A stretch of 37,601 bases of DNA from Octopus bimaculoides (Eukaryota): NCBI RefSeq assembly GCF_001194135.2, contig NC_068986.1, positions 56,274,893 to 56,312,493 on the forward strand, written 5' to 3'. The translations under genes and the position numbers were made by a program. A model generated the notes under the pieces. It searched no databases and was not told the DNA's origin. It saw only the letters and a program-made list of their open reading frames with translations. This document shows, piece after piece, positions 1-11,822 of this stretch; position 1 is the first letter of the stretch, and each line of letters starts with the position of its first letter.

Positions 1-213
1 TCAATTGGGTCATGCCCTTCCAGTAGCTATAGATCCGTAATGCATCTTACAGCTGTGCCTGTCACCTGTATGGTGAGGAATCCTACATTGGGGAGTAATA
101 ACGACTATGCTCAGGTAGCTGACTGATTATCGTGATCATTCGTCTTTTGGTTTCCTGTAGCTTTACTCTCTTTTTCAAACCCAGTGAACATACATATATT
201 TCCTATTTCAAAG

Positions 214-1162
214 AAATTCAAACAATACATATTACACCCAAGTTAAAATCATTCCCAACAATTCAACTTCTCTGCTTGACATTAACACACCCACCCCCAA
301 TAGGGGCCTTAACTCCTACATTTTTCAGCTCCAAGAGCTCCATTCTTCATGAGCAAAATCCTTTTTACAGGGTCCATAACACCAGAATTTTCGAATATGC
401 ACATAAATATCAGATATATGAAGATGAGAATGTGTGTCTGTGAATCCATAAAACTCGAGAACTACGCAACCAATTTCATTTGAAATTAACACATGCCTTA
501 CTTAGGGTCCATGTAGTGTCTTAGGCCAAATCAATTTTTAACTTCTTGCATAGTTCGAGCCCACACCAATATCATATCTCCTCCACTATTTCAGTATTAT
601 GTGTCAAAAGTGAAACAATAACATCACTCTACTGTAACGTCAGATATTTTCACTTTCACACTGAAACTATTCCATTTCAGTATTACATCTCAAAAGTGAA
701 ACAATAACATGTCACTTCTGTAATTTCAAATACTTTCACTTTAATACTTTCAATTTCATACTGAAACTATACTCTCACATATATACAGGTATACTCTAAG
801 ACCCAAGTTAAAAACATTCCCAACAATTCAACTTCTCTGGTTGACATTAACACACCCACCCCCAATAGGGGCCTTCATTCCCACATTTTAGAGCTCCATG
901 AGCTCCATTTTTCAGGAGCAAAATCCTTTTTACAGGTTCCAGAAGACTGAAATTTTGGAATATGTGCATAAAGATTAATAGTATGGCATACATGTCTCAT
1001 GATTAGAATTTTTTTTTAGGGTGTGCAAAGAGGAAAGAACCCTCATGTGCAATTTTGATGAAATTCAAATCATATCTATTCCAGTTCCTTACAGAAAATA
1101 TAAGAGAAAAGTCTCATCCTTCAATTGCATGTAAGACGGGCAACGCCGGGTATCTCTGCTAG
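214..1162 (+). repeat. ~950-bp block, direct repeat of 3381-4349
   Basis: Colinear alignment by eye from AATTCAAAC(A/G)ATACATATTA-CCCAAGTTAAAA through to GGGTATCTCTGCTAG in both copies. Each block also has an internal repeat (214-409 resembles ~800-970; 3381-3575 resembles ~3985-4160). Confidence 0.9.
410..1162 (+). mobile_element. Non-autonomous Helitron-like element, unit 1
   Basis: Starts A|TCAGATATATGAAGATGAG (5' TC after A). Ends with a short GC hairpin (CGGGCAACGCCG) about 12 nt before CTAG|T. These match canonical Helitron termini and the A^T target. No TIRs and no TSD. Confidence 0.7.
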
Positions 1163-1560
1163 TATATATATAAAAATGAGAATGTATATCTGTGTGTGTG
1201 TGTGTGTGTGTGTGTCTGAATTCCTAAAACTTGAGAACTACACAACCAATTTCATTCAAATTTTACACATGCCTTATTTAGGGTCCCGGTTGTGTTTTAG
1301 TCAAAAACATTTTTTAACTTCTTGCATAGTTTGAGACCACAGCAACATAATATCTCCTCCACTATTTAAGTATTACATGTCAAAAGTGAAACAAAAACAC
1401 TCATGTCAAATACTTTGACTTTAAAAATGAAACTTTTCCACTATTTCAGTATCAAAAAACTGAAACAATCACATTTTGATACTGTAATGACAGATACTTT
1501 CATTTTAATGGTTTCATTTTCATACTGAATCGACTACAGTGAAACTATACTCTCACATAT
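1163..1560 (+). mobile_element. 5' part of a further Helitron-like unit, abutting unit 1 head-to-tail
   Basis: Immediately after CTAG the family 5' sequence restarts (ATATATAAAAATGAGAATG...AAACT(T/C)GAGAACTAC). It aligns with 412-790 and breaks off at CTCACATATATACAGGCAT into a TA/CA microsatellite. Confidence 0.65.
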
Positions 1561-1900
1561 ATACAGGCATATATACATATATACATACATACATACATGC
1601 ATATATATATCTGCACAAATGTATCCATATACATGTATATATATGCATGTATATATATATATATATATATATGGAGAGAGAGAGAGAGAGATGTATACAT
1701 ATAGATGTATATGTACACGTATATGTATAGATATAGATATATATATATATATATAGATATACATCTATATGCATACATGTGTATGTACACATGTGTAGAT
1801 GTATATATATAGATGTACATGTAATATGTACACATATATACATGCATAAAGATATCTATACATATATACACCTATACACATGCACACAAACACACACATT
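1560..1900. repeat. Compound (TA)n/(CATA)n/(GA)n low-complexity microsatellite
   Basis: Directly visible dinucleotide and tetranucleotide runs. This is the source of the YI/MY-rich spurious ORFs. Confidence 0.95.
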
Positions 1901-1946
1901 AGTAATTTGCTTTTTATCCAAAACTACGTCAAAAGTACTGAATGGA

Positions 1947-2110
1947 TCATCATCATCATCATCGTTTAACGTCCGCTTTCCATGCTAGCATGGGTTGGAC
2001 GATTTGACTGAGGACTGGTGAAACCGGATGGCAACACCAGGCTCCAATCTAAATTTGGCAGAGTTTCTACAGCTGGATGCCCTTCCTAACGCCAACCACT
2101 CAGAGTGTAG
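1947..2110 (-). mobile_element. 3' part of a short retroposon (SINE-like) with (GAT)n tail
   Basis: (CAT)n followed by CGTTTAACGTCCGCTTTCCATGCTAGCATGGG...CAGCTGGATGCCCTTCCTAACGCCAACC. The same core (GAAGGGCATCCAGCTGTA; CATGCTAGCATG; GATGATG tail) recurs on + at ~34230-34560, with more decayed relatives near 6150-6395, 22600-22760 and 24750-24960. Confidence 0.75.
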
Positions 2111-2384
2111 CCATACCAATAGAAAAGAGAAAGAGATGTTAGTGCATAAGAGAACCGGAAGAAAAGTAAATGGCTTCAATGCATGGAAAAGACAAAATAC
2201 TATTGCATTAACAATAGAACACTTGTTACTACATAACACATACAAAAATACATGCATGTAGTAGCATAAAAAAATGTAGAAAACAACCAATATAACCAGT
2301 ATAATCTGCCCACATAGACCAACTGTGAAAATAGGTTTCAGCCAAGGTAAACTAACAATGTCAATAATTGCTTGAGCTACTAAC

Positions 2385-2613
2385 CTAGACATTGGTTTCC
2401 CTGATGAGGCCAAAGGAGAAAAAGAGACTTCAAATAATTCATCCATGCCAGAGATATTGTTGACAAAGTACTTGAACTTCAGGCGAAAGATTTCCAAAGC
2501 GTGTTCCAGCACAACATTAAAACATGCCTTGCCAAGCGCTATCAAGTTGAGCTGTTGTTCTACAGCAGATCTCATAGTTGGTAAAACCAAATCAGCATCA
2601 ATCTTTTGATAAT
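2385..2613 (-). pseudogene. TOP3B: Isolated exon of DNA topoisomerase III beta (probable duplicated or captured fragment)
   Basis: Translates as YQKIDADLVLPTMRSAVEQQLNLIALGKACFNVVLEHALEIFRLKFKYFVNNISGMDELFEVSFSPLASSGKPMS(R). This matches the recalled human TOP3B segment [31 protein letters not shown]...FVDSIAGMDELMEVSFSPLAATGKPLSR. A good donor AG|GTTAGT lies at 2385/2384. The expected acceptor reads TTTCCAA|AT instead of TTTCCAG|GT, with an in-frame TAA at 2623-2621. No other TOP3B exon was seen in the window. Confidence 0.85.
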
Positions 2614-2738
2614 TTGGAAATTATATTCTATGCATAACGGCCATAACCCCCATGAAAATTCATATATTTTTGATGTTGATGAAATTTTAACCATACATAT
2701 TACACACAAATAAAGTAATATTTCTAAAATTTATTCTT

Positions 2739-3380
2739 NNNNNNNNNNNNNNNNNNNNNNNNNNNNNNNNNNNNNNNNNNNNNNNNNNNNNNNNNNNNNN
2801 NNNNNNNNNNNNNNNNNNNNNNNNNNNNNNNNNNNNNNNNNNNNNNNNNNNNNNNNNNNNNNNNNNNNNNNNNNNNNNNNNNNNNNNNNNNNNNNNNNNN
2901 NNNNNNNNNNNNNNNNNNNNNNNNNNNNNNNNNNNNNNNNNNNNNNNNNNNNNNNNNNNNNNNNNNNNNNNNNNNNNNNNNNNNNNNNNNNNNNNNNNNN
3001 NNNNNNNNNNNNNNNNNNNNNNNNNNNNNNNNNNNNNNNNNNNNNNNNNNNNNNNNNNNNNNNNNNNNNNNNNNNNNNNNNNNNNNNNNNNNNNNNNNNN
3101 NNNNNNNNNNNNNNNNNNNNNNNNNNNNNNNNNNNNNNNNNNNNNNNNNNNNNNNNNNNNNNNNNNNNNNNNNNNNNNNNNNNNNNNNNNNNNNNNNNNN
3201 NNNNNNNNNNNNNNNNNNNNNNNNNNNNNNNNNNNNNNNNNNNNNNNNNNNNNNNNNNNNNNNNNNNNNNNNNNNNNNNNNNNNNNNNNNNNNNNNNNNN
3301 NNNNNNNNNNNNNNNNNNNNNNNNNNNNNNNNNNNNNNNNNNNNNNNNNNNNNNNNNNNNNNNNNNNNNNNNNNNNNNNN
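2739..3380. other. Assembly gap (others at 8427-8436, 9143-9352, 10704-10759, 17144-17367, 34416-34425, 34824-34940)
   Basis: N runs, mostly next to microsatellites or repeats, as is typical of a short-read scaffold. Confidence 1.
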
Positions 3381-4349
3381 AATTCAAACGATACATATTA
3401 GACCCAAGTTAAAAACATTCCCAACAATTCAACTTCTCTGCTTGACATTAACACACCCACCCCCAATAGGGGCCTTAACTCCCACACTTTTCAGCTCCAT
3501 GAGCTCCATTTTTCAGGAGCAGAATCCTTTTTACAGGGTCCATAACACTGGAATTTTGGAATGTGCGCATAAATATCAGATATATAAAGATGAGAATGTG
3601 TGTCTGTGTGAATCCTTAAAACTCGAGAACTACACAACCAATTTCATTCCAAATTAACACATGCCTTACTTAGGGTCCATGTAGTGTCTTAGTCCAAAAC
3701 AATTTCTAACTTCTTGCATAGTTCGAGCCCACAGCAATCTCATATCTCCTCCACTATTTCAGTATTATGTGTCAAAACTGAAACAATAACATCACTCTAC
3801 TGTAATGTCAGATACTTTCACTTAAACATTGAAACTATTCCACTATTTCAGTATTACATGTCAAAAGTGAAACAATAACACGTCGCTACTGTAATTTCAA
3901 ATACTTTCACTTTAATACTTTCAATTTCATACTGAAACTATTAAACTGAAACTATACTCTCACATATATACAGGCATACTATAAGACCCAAGTTAAAAAC
4001 ATTCCCAACAATTCAACTTCTCTGATTGACATTAACACCCCCACCCCCAATAGGGGTCTTCATCCCCACATTTTAGAGCTCCATGAGCTTTATTTTTCAG
4101 GAGCAAAATCCTTTTTACAGGTTCCAGAAGACTGAAATTTTGGAATATGCGCTGCATAAAGATCAATAGTATGGGATACATTTCTTATGATTAGAATTTT
4201 TTTAGGGTATGTAATGAGGGAAAGAACCCCCATGTGCAATTTTGACGAAATTCGAATCATATGTATTCCAGTTCCTTACACAAAATATAAAAGAAAAGTC
4301 TCATCCTTCATTTGCATGTAACACGGGCAATGTCGGGTATCTCTGCTAG
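3381..4349 (+). repeat. Second copy of the ~950-bp block (see 214-1162)
   Basis: Colinear with 214-1162. Begins at the edge of the 2739-3380 gap. Confidence 0.9.
3576..4349 (+). mobile_element. Non-autonomous Helitron-like element, terminal unit
   Basis: Runs A|TCAGATATATAAAGATGAG ... CGGGCAATGTCGGGTATCTCTGCTAG|T, then unrelated sequence. Confidence 0.7.
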
Positions 4350-6599
4350 TTCAATATAAAACAATATTGTTTCTGCTTTAATTTTCTTAAAGAGTAAGTC
4401 ATCAACATTTCATGAAAAAAAAAAAAAAACCCTGAAATCTTCCAAAAGAATGAAAATGGTTGGATATTAAATACATATGTTGTAATAAATATCATTTGCT
4501 ATTTTATAAAATACAATATCTATACTATCCTCTTTGTAATATTACTGTTAGTTGAACAATATGACATAAATGAAAGTTTAGAAACTAAATCAATAGGTTT
4601 TCTTTACCTCCTTGTTATTATCACTCAAAATATAGGCTTCAAATTTTGTCACAAGGCCAACAAGTTTGGGGAAAGGGGGTAAGTCAATTAACTCTGATGC
4701 ACAATTCCAACATCGTTTCAAATATTTCATTGTTTTGAACAATCATCTCAACTGCCAACTGTTAGAAATAGTTAAACTCTTACTAGTTAGGCAGCAACTA
4801 AACCATGTTCTTCACACTGCATGATAAATTATATGGCAGAGTTTGTAAACTGGGCAATATAATTGCAATTTAAAGACATTCCAAAAACTTAGGTGAAGAA
4901 TATCACGGAAACCCATTTTTTCCAATGCACACCCTATAAAAATCCTAAAGACTCATCCAACCCACAAATTCCTCTCCAACTATTTCCACACATTCAAAGC
5001 ACTATACTCAAATCCACACTATTCACAAGACAACTTCACTGTGCTTGCTCAATGTGCTAAATATAGCAGCTAAATATCCTGCACATTACTCCCTACTTTC
5101 TTAACCATTTTGTTACCATATTTCTGTTGAAATACATTGCCTTTGTTTCAATTAACCTTGAAAATAACAAAGAATTAAATAAAATAACTGTGTTGTTATC
5201 AAGCTTGTGTTTGAAACATAACATGAAATTTGGATAAGGTAGGTTGATATCAAAAGGACCAAATAAGGAAAGGAAACATTGGATAATGCATCCCTACAAA
5301 CACCTAAAAAGATGGGATGGTTAGTCAGTATGCCTTTGAAAACAGGTTTACTCAATAAAAGTTTTTGAAGATTCTGTTCATGGCATCCATATAGATTTGA
5401 CATGAGGTATTAAATTGGATGTGAACCATGTATGTGTGCAAAAGATTAGGAGGAGTGCTAAGTAGTATAAGCTACATAAGAGTAACCAATGTCAGGTGAT
5501 ACCAAGTAGATTGTTCAAGTACAGGAAGAAGAGTCTGGATCAGATAGAGGCCCATCAACACTACTATGATGGAGTAATCTGGAAGGAAGCTTCTGATCAA
5601 ACAAGAGACAGAGGGTGCTTATAGGTGGATAATTAACTAGATTCTCCTTCCAGATACAACTGAATACTTTGCAGATATCACATGCAACAACACTGCTTTC
5701 ATCAAGCTTTTCAATGGTAAAAGATCACTAGTGAGTAACAGATGAGAACAGGTTTCACTAGCTCTGACCCTACAGAAGCTATGAAAGGTATAATGTGGTG
5801 GAGAGTTATCATTCTATCATCATCCATCATGAGATATACATAAAGGATTGCATTAGATTGTTTGCACTCCATACACTTTACAATTAGCCAACATTTTTTC
5901 ACTTCAGGCTATTCATTGACACCCTCTCTATTCCTCACTCACTACAGTCAATGTTTCCACCATCATATTACAGTTCACCTGCTCATCTTGGTTTTTCTAC
6001 TGCCATCAGAATCTACTAATCACTAATTTGCTCATATTGCTTTGAGCAGTCACACACTACAACCTGATACCACAATAAAAATGTACCTAGTAGATTCTGT
6101 AAAACACTTAGCAAACAAGCAGAGACAAAATAAGGTCAAAAGGACTCTTTAGTTGGTCAAGAACATGACAACTTCTCTAGTGCTGGTGACATGACAAAAT
6201 GCACTCAGTACAATCTATAAAATAGTTAATGTAAGGATAGGTCACCTGATTGTAAAAACCAAGCCAAAAATGAAACATACAAGCAAAACATAATTCTCTG
6301 GTCCTTCTAGAAAGTTAATAACCCTAAATAAAAACTGACTCAGAACATGACAATCCATGCTATCATGGAAACCAGGTATAAAAGAATGATAATGTTGCTT
6401 TCAACACTTTAAAGGTGGATGTAAGAATGGTAGTTGGCAGAGACTTCTTTGGGGTGGAATACACTACGGTATATCTCTAGATAAGAGCAGATCTTTGTAG
6501 ACAAAGATTAAAAAGTTTGTTAATGACCGAGACCAGCTCTAAAGTACAATGTTTAAAGGTAGTCAAACATTACAGTTGGGACATTTTTCCCTTTTTTTT

Positions 6600-7000
6600 T
6601 TCATGGGACGAGATTGAGATCATGTTCCTTATGGGCCATACAACATGGTTAACATTCCCCTAGAACAGTTGCAAGTAGATGGTTACAGTAAAAGCATGGG
6701 CTAACTAAAGTGTTGGAGAAGTCATTGTTAATGGCTGTCTCCATCCATTGCCTTTGAGATGTTGAAATGAGTGAAATACTCAGCATTAGCAGGGTCAGAA
6801 GGATTGTTCCTCTTGCAGTTGGAGATATACTGTAGCAAGTTTCCTAAGATCAAGATATATTCTGTAGAAAGAGAGAATGAACAATTTGATGAGGATAGGA
6901 TAAAGCTTTGGGGTGTGTTATTTGAGAAAAATAGCAGAAGTGTCAAGGCTGGTGACCTAGTGGCTTTGAAGAAATCTGCAGTTTCTTTTGCACTTGGCAT
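6600..7000 (-). mobile_element. Decayed LINE reverse transcriptase fragment (CR1/Crack/Jockey-like), probably extending to ~5400
   Basis: Minus-strand frames give PKLYPILIKLFILS...RKLATV and NPSDPAN...ISKAM. These resemble the LINE RT N-terminal pattern (PELSPILSKLFNLS...WKLA.V...PSDPSNYRPISL...SKVME). Multiple stops and frameshifts. Confidence 0.55.
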
Positions 7001-9814
7001 GTATGTATGCATTTTGGTTTGAAGTTACAGAGTTTTTTTAGACAGGGAGATACAAACCAGAAGTAAACATTAGTCAAGAGAACTTACAGTTTGTATAATG
7101 TAAAAAAATAATAATAAATCAGTACTATACAACACTCACAGTATATGCTGAACACAATGAAAAGAAACAAAAGTGTGAGAGACATATCTTATCTAAAAAA
7201 TGACATTAAAATACTATTACTACACATTCAATACAATGGGGATGTGATTTGAGGGCAACATGGCAGCATTTTCTAAGTAGTTGAGGTTTCTTTGTGTATT
7301 TGAAGTGTAAAAGAATGTTAGAATGTTCGTTTGACTGATTATTTTGCAATTTTGTATTCTAACTGAAGAGAGGTTGTAACCCTGCCAGTGAACGAAGGCA
7401 GTGCAGATGTATGAACAAGAAACCTAATCTAGTTATTTATTAATTGCAGATCAGTCCTGACCGAGCAGATTAATCATCACAAGCGTTCCAGACAGGACTA
7501 TTCTTCGACACCCCCCACCACCACCACCACCACCACACAACAAAATTATCTGATGTCTCCTTCCTACTTTTTTCTTCTTCCTTTAGTAACCAGTAGGGTG
7601 TGATTCGAAAGTGATTAAACTGCTGCTTCTAGCAGACCTAGTAACACTGTATTAGGCTCTTCCAGTTACTTCTACAACTTCGGTAATTAACACACAAAAT
7701 AAACTATATACGAAAATTCTGCGTTATTTCATACAACACTTACTTAAAAAGCCCACAACACCTACTACTAGGGCGGACAGAGGAGAGATAGGAAGAGCTC
7801 GGGTCATAGTGTTGAATTTCAACAAAATAGTGACGACATTAAAACACAATATTCTGGAAACGAGCATTAACGTTTATGGATTGTAACAGATAAACAAACT
7901 AAATTTTCAAGATAATGGAGAAATCCAGTAAAATAAACAAAACAAAAGTGCAAAGAGCTACAAAATAATTAACCGATTTTCTTAATTAGAAGCAAGAAAA
8001 GTAGGGAAATGACTGATACTGTTAAATTTTCTTTTTTCATCAAGGTCTTCGACGTTTTGACTTATAGCAGTTGATTGCTATTTAACCCCAAGTCAATCCT
8101 AATCGAACAGTCTTGAGATTAAAGGCTGATTTAAATTAGATTTGACAGATATTTCCAGCAGGAGCAGGTCGAGTGATCACGTAGAGGCTCCCTGCTTGGC
8201 TTATATTGTTGGTTTCGAGGAACTAGTGTTGGCCTGACTGGGTCGGCGTGAACTTGTGTAGCTATTGACACTAATGGAGCCTCTCTATAATCGACATGCT
8301 AGACAGATAAACCAAATATCATTAAACTCACAGCCTACAGTCTAAAAAAAATTGAGACTACATTAGACACGCGATGTCTGATAAGAGAAAAAAAAAAAAC
8401 AGGATTGTCACGACTGACTTCCTTTTNNNNNNNNNNGCAGGGAAAGAAGATAAACAACAAACGATTTTTCACTTCACGCCCCCCCCCCCAACTTTAATTT
8501 TTATAGTAGATATTATTCTGATATTTAGCTCAATCATCAATTCAACGAGAACTGAAAATTTAAGTGACAATAACCACAAAATAATTTACCTATATAATAA
8601 CCAATCGCAGAGTAATTTATCGATAAAAGTGCAGTTGATAGTAAAGATCATCAACAATGCTTAGGTCACAAATACCTTTAGGAAAGACGTAAACATCACT
8701 TTTTCTAGTGTTCATATTATTGGTTAGTGACATTAAAATATATTTATATGCAAGAATTGTTATGGAAGGTCTGTGTTTATTTGAAACTTAAAAATTTTCT
8801 TCACACAGAAAGCTAAAATAATTCGAATTTCACTTTCTCCTTTTAGTTAAAAAAAAAAAAAAGAAAACTTTGACAGAATTTTGCCGACGCAGATAAACCT
8901 GAATTCAAAGAGAAGAATGGAAAACTCTAGATTCAGGTACCTTATACATTTAGATTTTTATATAACGTATTAATGCAGGCAGCAGATTCTAATCTTTGCA
9001 ATTAAAATACAATTTAACTTCTTACACAAAAGTGACCTCGAAAAGAGAAAGGTATGAATGTCACACCGCCTCATTTTCTTAGACCCAATAAATCCAAGCT
9101 CTTAAGTTTTGTAAGAGACTGTTTTATTTATTTTACTGATAGNNNNNNNNNNNNNNNNNNNNNNNNNNNNNNNNNNNNNNNNNNNNNNNNNNNNNNNNNN
9201 NNNNNNNNNNNNNNNNNNNNNNNNNNNNNNNNNNNNNNNNNNNNNNNNNNNNNNNNNNNNNNNNNNNNNNNNNNNNNNNNNNNNNNNNNNNNNNNNNNNN
9301 NNNNNNNNNNNNNNNNNNNNNNNNNNNNNNNNNNNNNNNNNNNNNNNNNNNNAAATATAAATTTTAAGGGAGCTGTTTCGTAAAACCAACCGAAAAAAAA
9401 TAATACTGATTTCCAAATAGGGAAGGCAATATACAGATTCTAAGATACATTTACACAGCTAAATAAATACAAACATATATATATATATATATATATTATT
9501 ATTATTATTGAAAGGTTTCGTTAAGCTTCTTTGTAGATTAAGATTACGTTTTAAAAAAACGTTTAAAGTTAAGTCTCCACAAGAGAAAAGAGAAACTATT
9601 AAAAAGAAAACATGAGAGCTTGTGGTAAAGTAAAAGCAGCGTTATGGGAGAGTTTGACAGCGAAAGAAGATAAATGTAATTTACGTATTGTCTAATGTGA
9701 CACTCACTGCACATTTAGAAATAAAAACGTCATTAAATGTAAAAAGTTCATCACAAAATACTTGGACGTGTATATAAGGTATAAACTATAAAATATGAAA
9801 GCGAAGCACATTAC

Positions 9815-9832
9815 CTCACTGTCAGACGCCAT
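9815..9832 (-). CDS. Candidate first coding exon (MASDSE) or uORF start of an unidentified minus-strand gene
   Basis: Minus strand reads CGCAAG-ATGGCGTCTGACAGTGAG|GTAATG. It has a good start context overlapping a YY1-type AAGATGGCG motif, a phase-0 donor, and CpG-rich surroundings. The product cannot be identified from 6 aa. Confidence 0.45.
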
Positions 9833-10080
9833 CTTGCGACATATCGTCAATGTCATTTACCCAGCATGCATCAGGCACGTTGCGATTTTGAAAGCAAAAA
9901 TTACTTCAAGAAGCAGACAACTTTTAAATGTTTTTACTTAAAACTTTGCTGGTGTTTAATAAAAACTTTGTCAACCCCGAAATATCAGATCTATGATCAA
10001 AGACGTTCCAACCGTCACCATCCAGTCTTTAATATTCACTTTACATTCATGCAAAAATTAAAAATAACCATAAATGTTGA

Positions 10081-10392
10081 AAAATTGTCTTATTTCGATA
10101 ATTTCTACTAATCACTGACGTCTATTCAGTTGAAAACAGTTAGCGCTGTAACGGTGTATATCGTATTAATCCCCTAACCCTAACTAGACTGTTAACCCTA
10201 ACTCTAGAATCCGAACTCTAAAATTGTTACACACATAGATACGCACAGCGTAATTTATTATGTAAACAATATATGCGTATAAATTACGATTAAACCGGAT
10301 GAAATATGTCACAGGGAATAACATTCTTATGACCGGTCAGCAGCTGAATAGACGTCAGTGATTGGTTGAAATTACAGAAATACGACAACTTT
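10081..10392. mobile_element. Non-autonomous repeat with 52-bp inverted arms enclosing telomere-like (CCCTAA) motifs
   Basis: 10081-10132 versus the reverse complement of 10341-10392 gives 45/52 identity by hand. Degenerate CCCTAA/CTCTA motifs lie at ~10172-10220. The element may extend to ~10545. Confidence 0.65.
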
Positions 10393-10669
10393 AACATGGA
10401 ATAACTTGCGATGTACGTTTTTTTTTGTTAAGAAGACTAAGAGTAAAAGATGTTTTATATGACACATTCTACCAGTGTCCCAAGTTTCAAAGTGTTTCCT
10501 TAAGAAAATACTGGTGCCCCCGTTTTGAACTAGATCCGTTTCAGTTCTCTTCTCTGGAAATCTGAGACAATTGGAAAGAAAAAGTTATTGGTATTCATTT
10601 TTTATTTTACCTGCTTTACTCAGGGCCACTCAGAGGTAGATATCAGGCATAATTATCAGGGAACGGGTA

Positions 10670-10703
<34 letters not shown>

Positions 10704-11711
10704 NNNNNNNNNNNNNNNNNNNNNNNNNNNNNNNNNNNNNNNNNNNNNNNNNNNNNNNNCACACACACACATACGCGCGTATGTATGTATGTATGTATGT
10801 ATGTGCGTGTGAATGCAGGGGGGAAAATTGACAGTAACTTCGAAATTTTACTTTCGTTGACTTCGACAGACTGACTTGGACCCAACAAAGGCGTAACTTC
10901 AAAGTTACTGTCAATCTTTTCATTGTAAAAATAAATTTTCTCTACTTAGACGTATTGAGAGATCCTTCATTTAATGTTTGATTTTTATATAAAAATGCAT
11001 AACAGCTATGCTCGAAACTATTAACCCTCTGTCACTTTTGTAATTTTCTTCTGATTAAGAATATTTACTCGTGTATAGAAAACTATTTTTCTTTTCGTTC
11101 TACCTTTCGTACATACTTACTCAATTATACTCAAGTACATATGTACGTACGTAAGCACGTGTGTACGTATGATATTTTTACCTTTATTACCATTGCTGCT
11201 AACTTGACCATCAAATGTCACTAGCTGTACTCTTTTCAATTTCCATACCAACTTAACTGCAGTAAAAACATAAATATCGCAGTGTCATACATGAGTGTAA
11301 ATGCAATGATTTATATTAATAGGAAATACTAACATTTTCCCCTGCGTTGATCGCGCATTTATTTTAGGCGAATAGCTTAACTAAAGGCATTAATGCCACG
11401 GCCTCTTTTCTTGAAATAGTCTGTACTTTTCTTTGGATAGTACATCTAATCTGTCGCCCAGATAAACAATATCGCTTGAATTTGTTTTTATTGGCTAAGC
11501 CAGTAAAACCCATTTCAGAGTCTCCATGACTGCTGGTGGGAAGGGAGATCTGTCCCGAATACTTCGAACAGAGTGGATTCAGCATTTGAGGACCAAGTTC
11601 CATGTAGGCTTAGCTGAGGCACAAAGAAAGTCTATTAAACAAAACAGAAACAGACTCTCCAATGGGCTTCCGCACAGTGCTTACATACCAAATTTCAGTC
11701 ACAATGCAATA

Positions 11712-11822
11712 GTTGACTCAAGGCCATGGTCTAAGACATTTGCCCAAGTAGCGATGTAGAAGGATCGAACTCGAAGCCGTGCAGCAGAAGGCGAAGTTAT
11801 TGACCCCAAAGCCATGCCTGCG
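11712..11822 (-). mobile_element. Truncated tRNA-derived SINE (head plus part of body)
   Basis: Minus strand has a B-box-like GAGTTCGATCC followed by CTTGGGCAAATGTCTT. Same family as 34603-34766. Confidence 0.55.

Noticed and set aside
1534-1988. Several overlapping YI/MY/CV-rich ORFs (likewise at 10588-10923, 32865-33104 and 34721-35120)
   Set aside because: They are translations of TA/CA/GA microsatellites and N runs, not proteins.
1985-2384. Hydrophobic C-terminal half of the 201-aa ORF, which looks like a membrane-protein fusion to TOP3B
   Set aside because: TOP3B similarity stops exactly at the GTTAGT donor. The remainder is read-through into T-rich intron sequence and a SINE.
6771-7022. 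83-aa plus-strand ORF ending near a GTATGT donor-like site
   Set aside because: It is antisense to a decayed LINE RT fragment and shows no recognisable homology.
11364-11620. Minus-strand acceptor-like site followed by protein-like text (…VMETLKWVLLA*PIKTNSSDIVYLGD…)
   Set aside because: Stops occur in the best-looking frame. It loosely resembles the C-terminal region of CR1/Crack LINE ORF2, so it is more likely a TE remnant than a gene.
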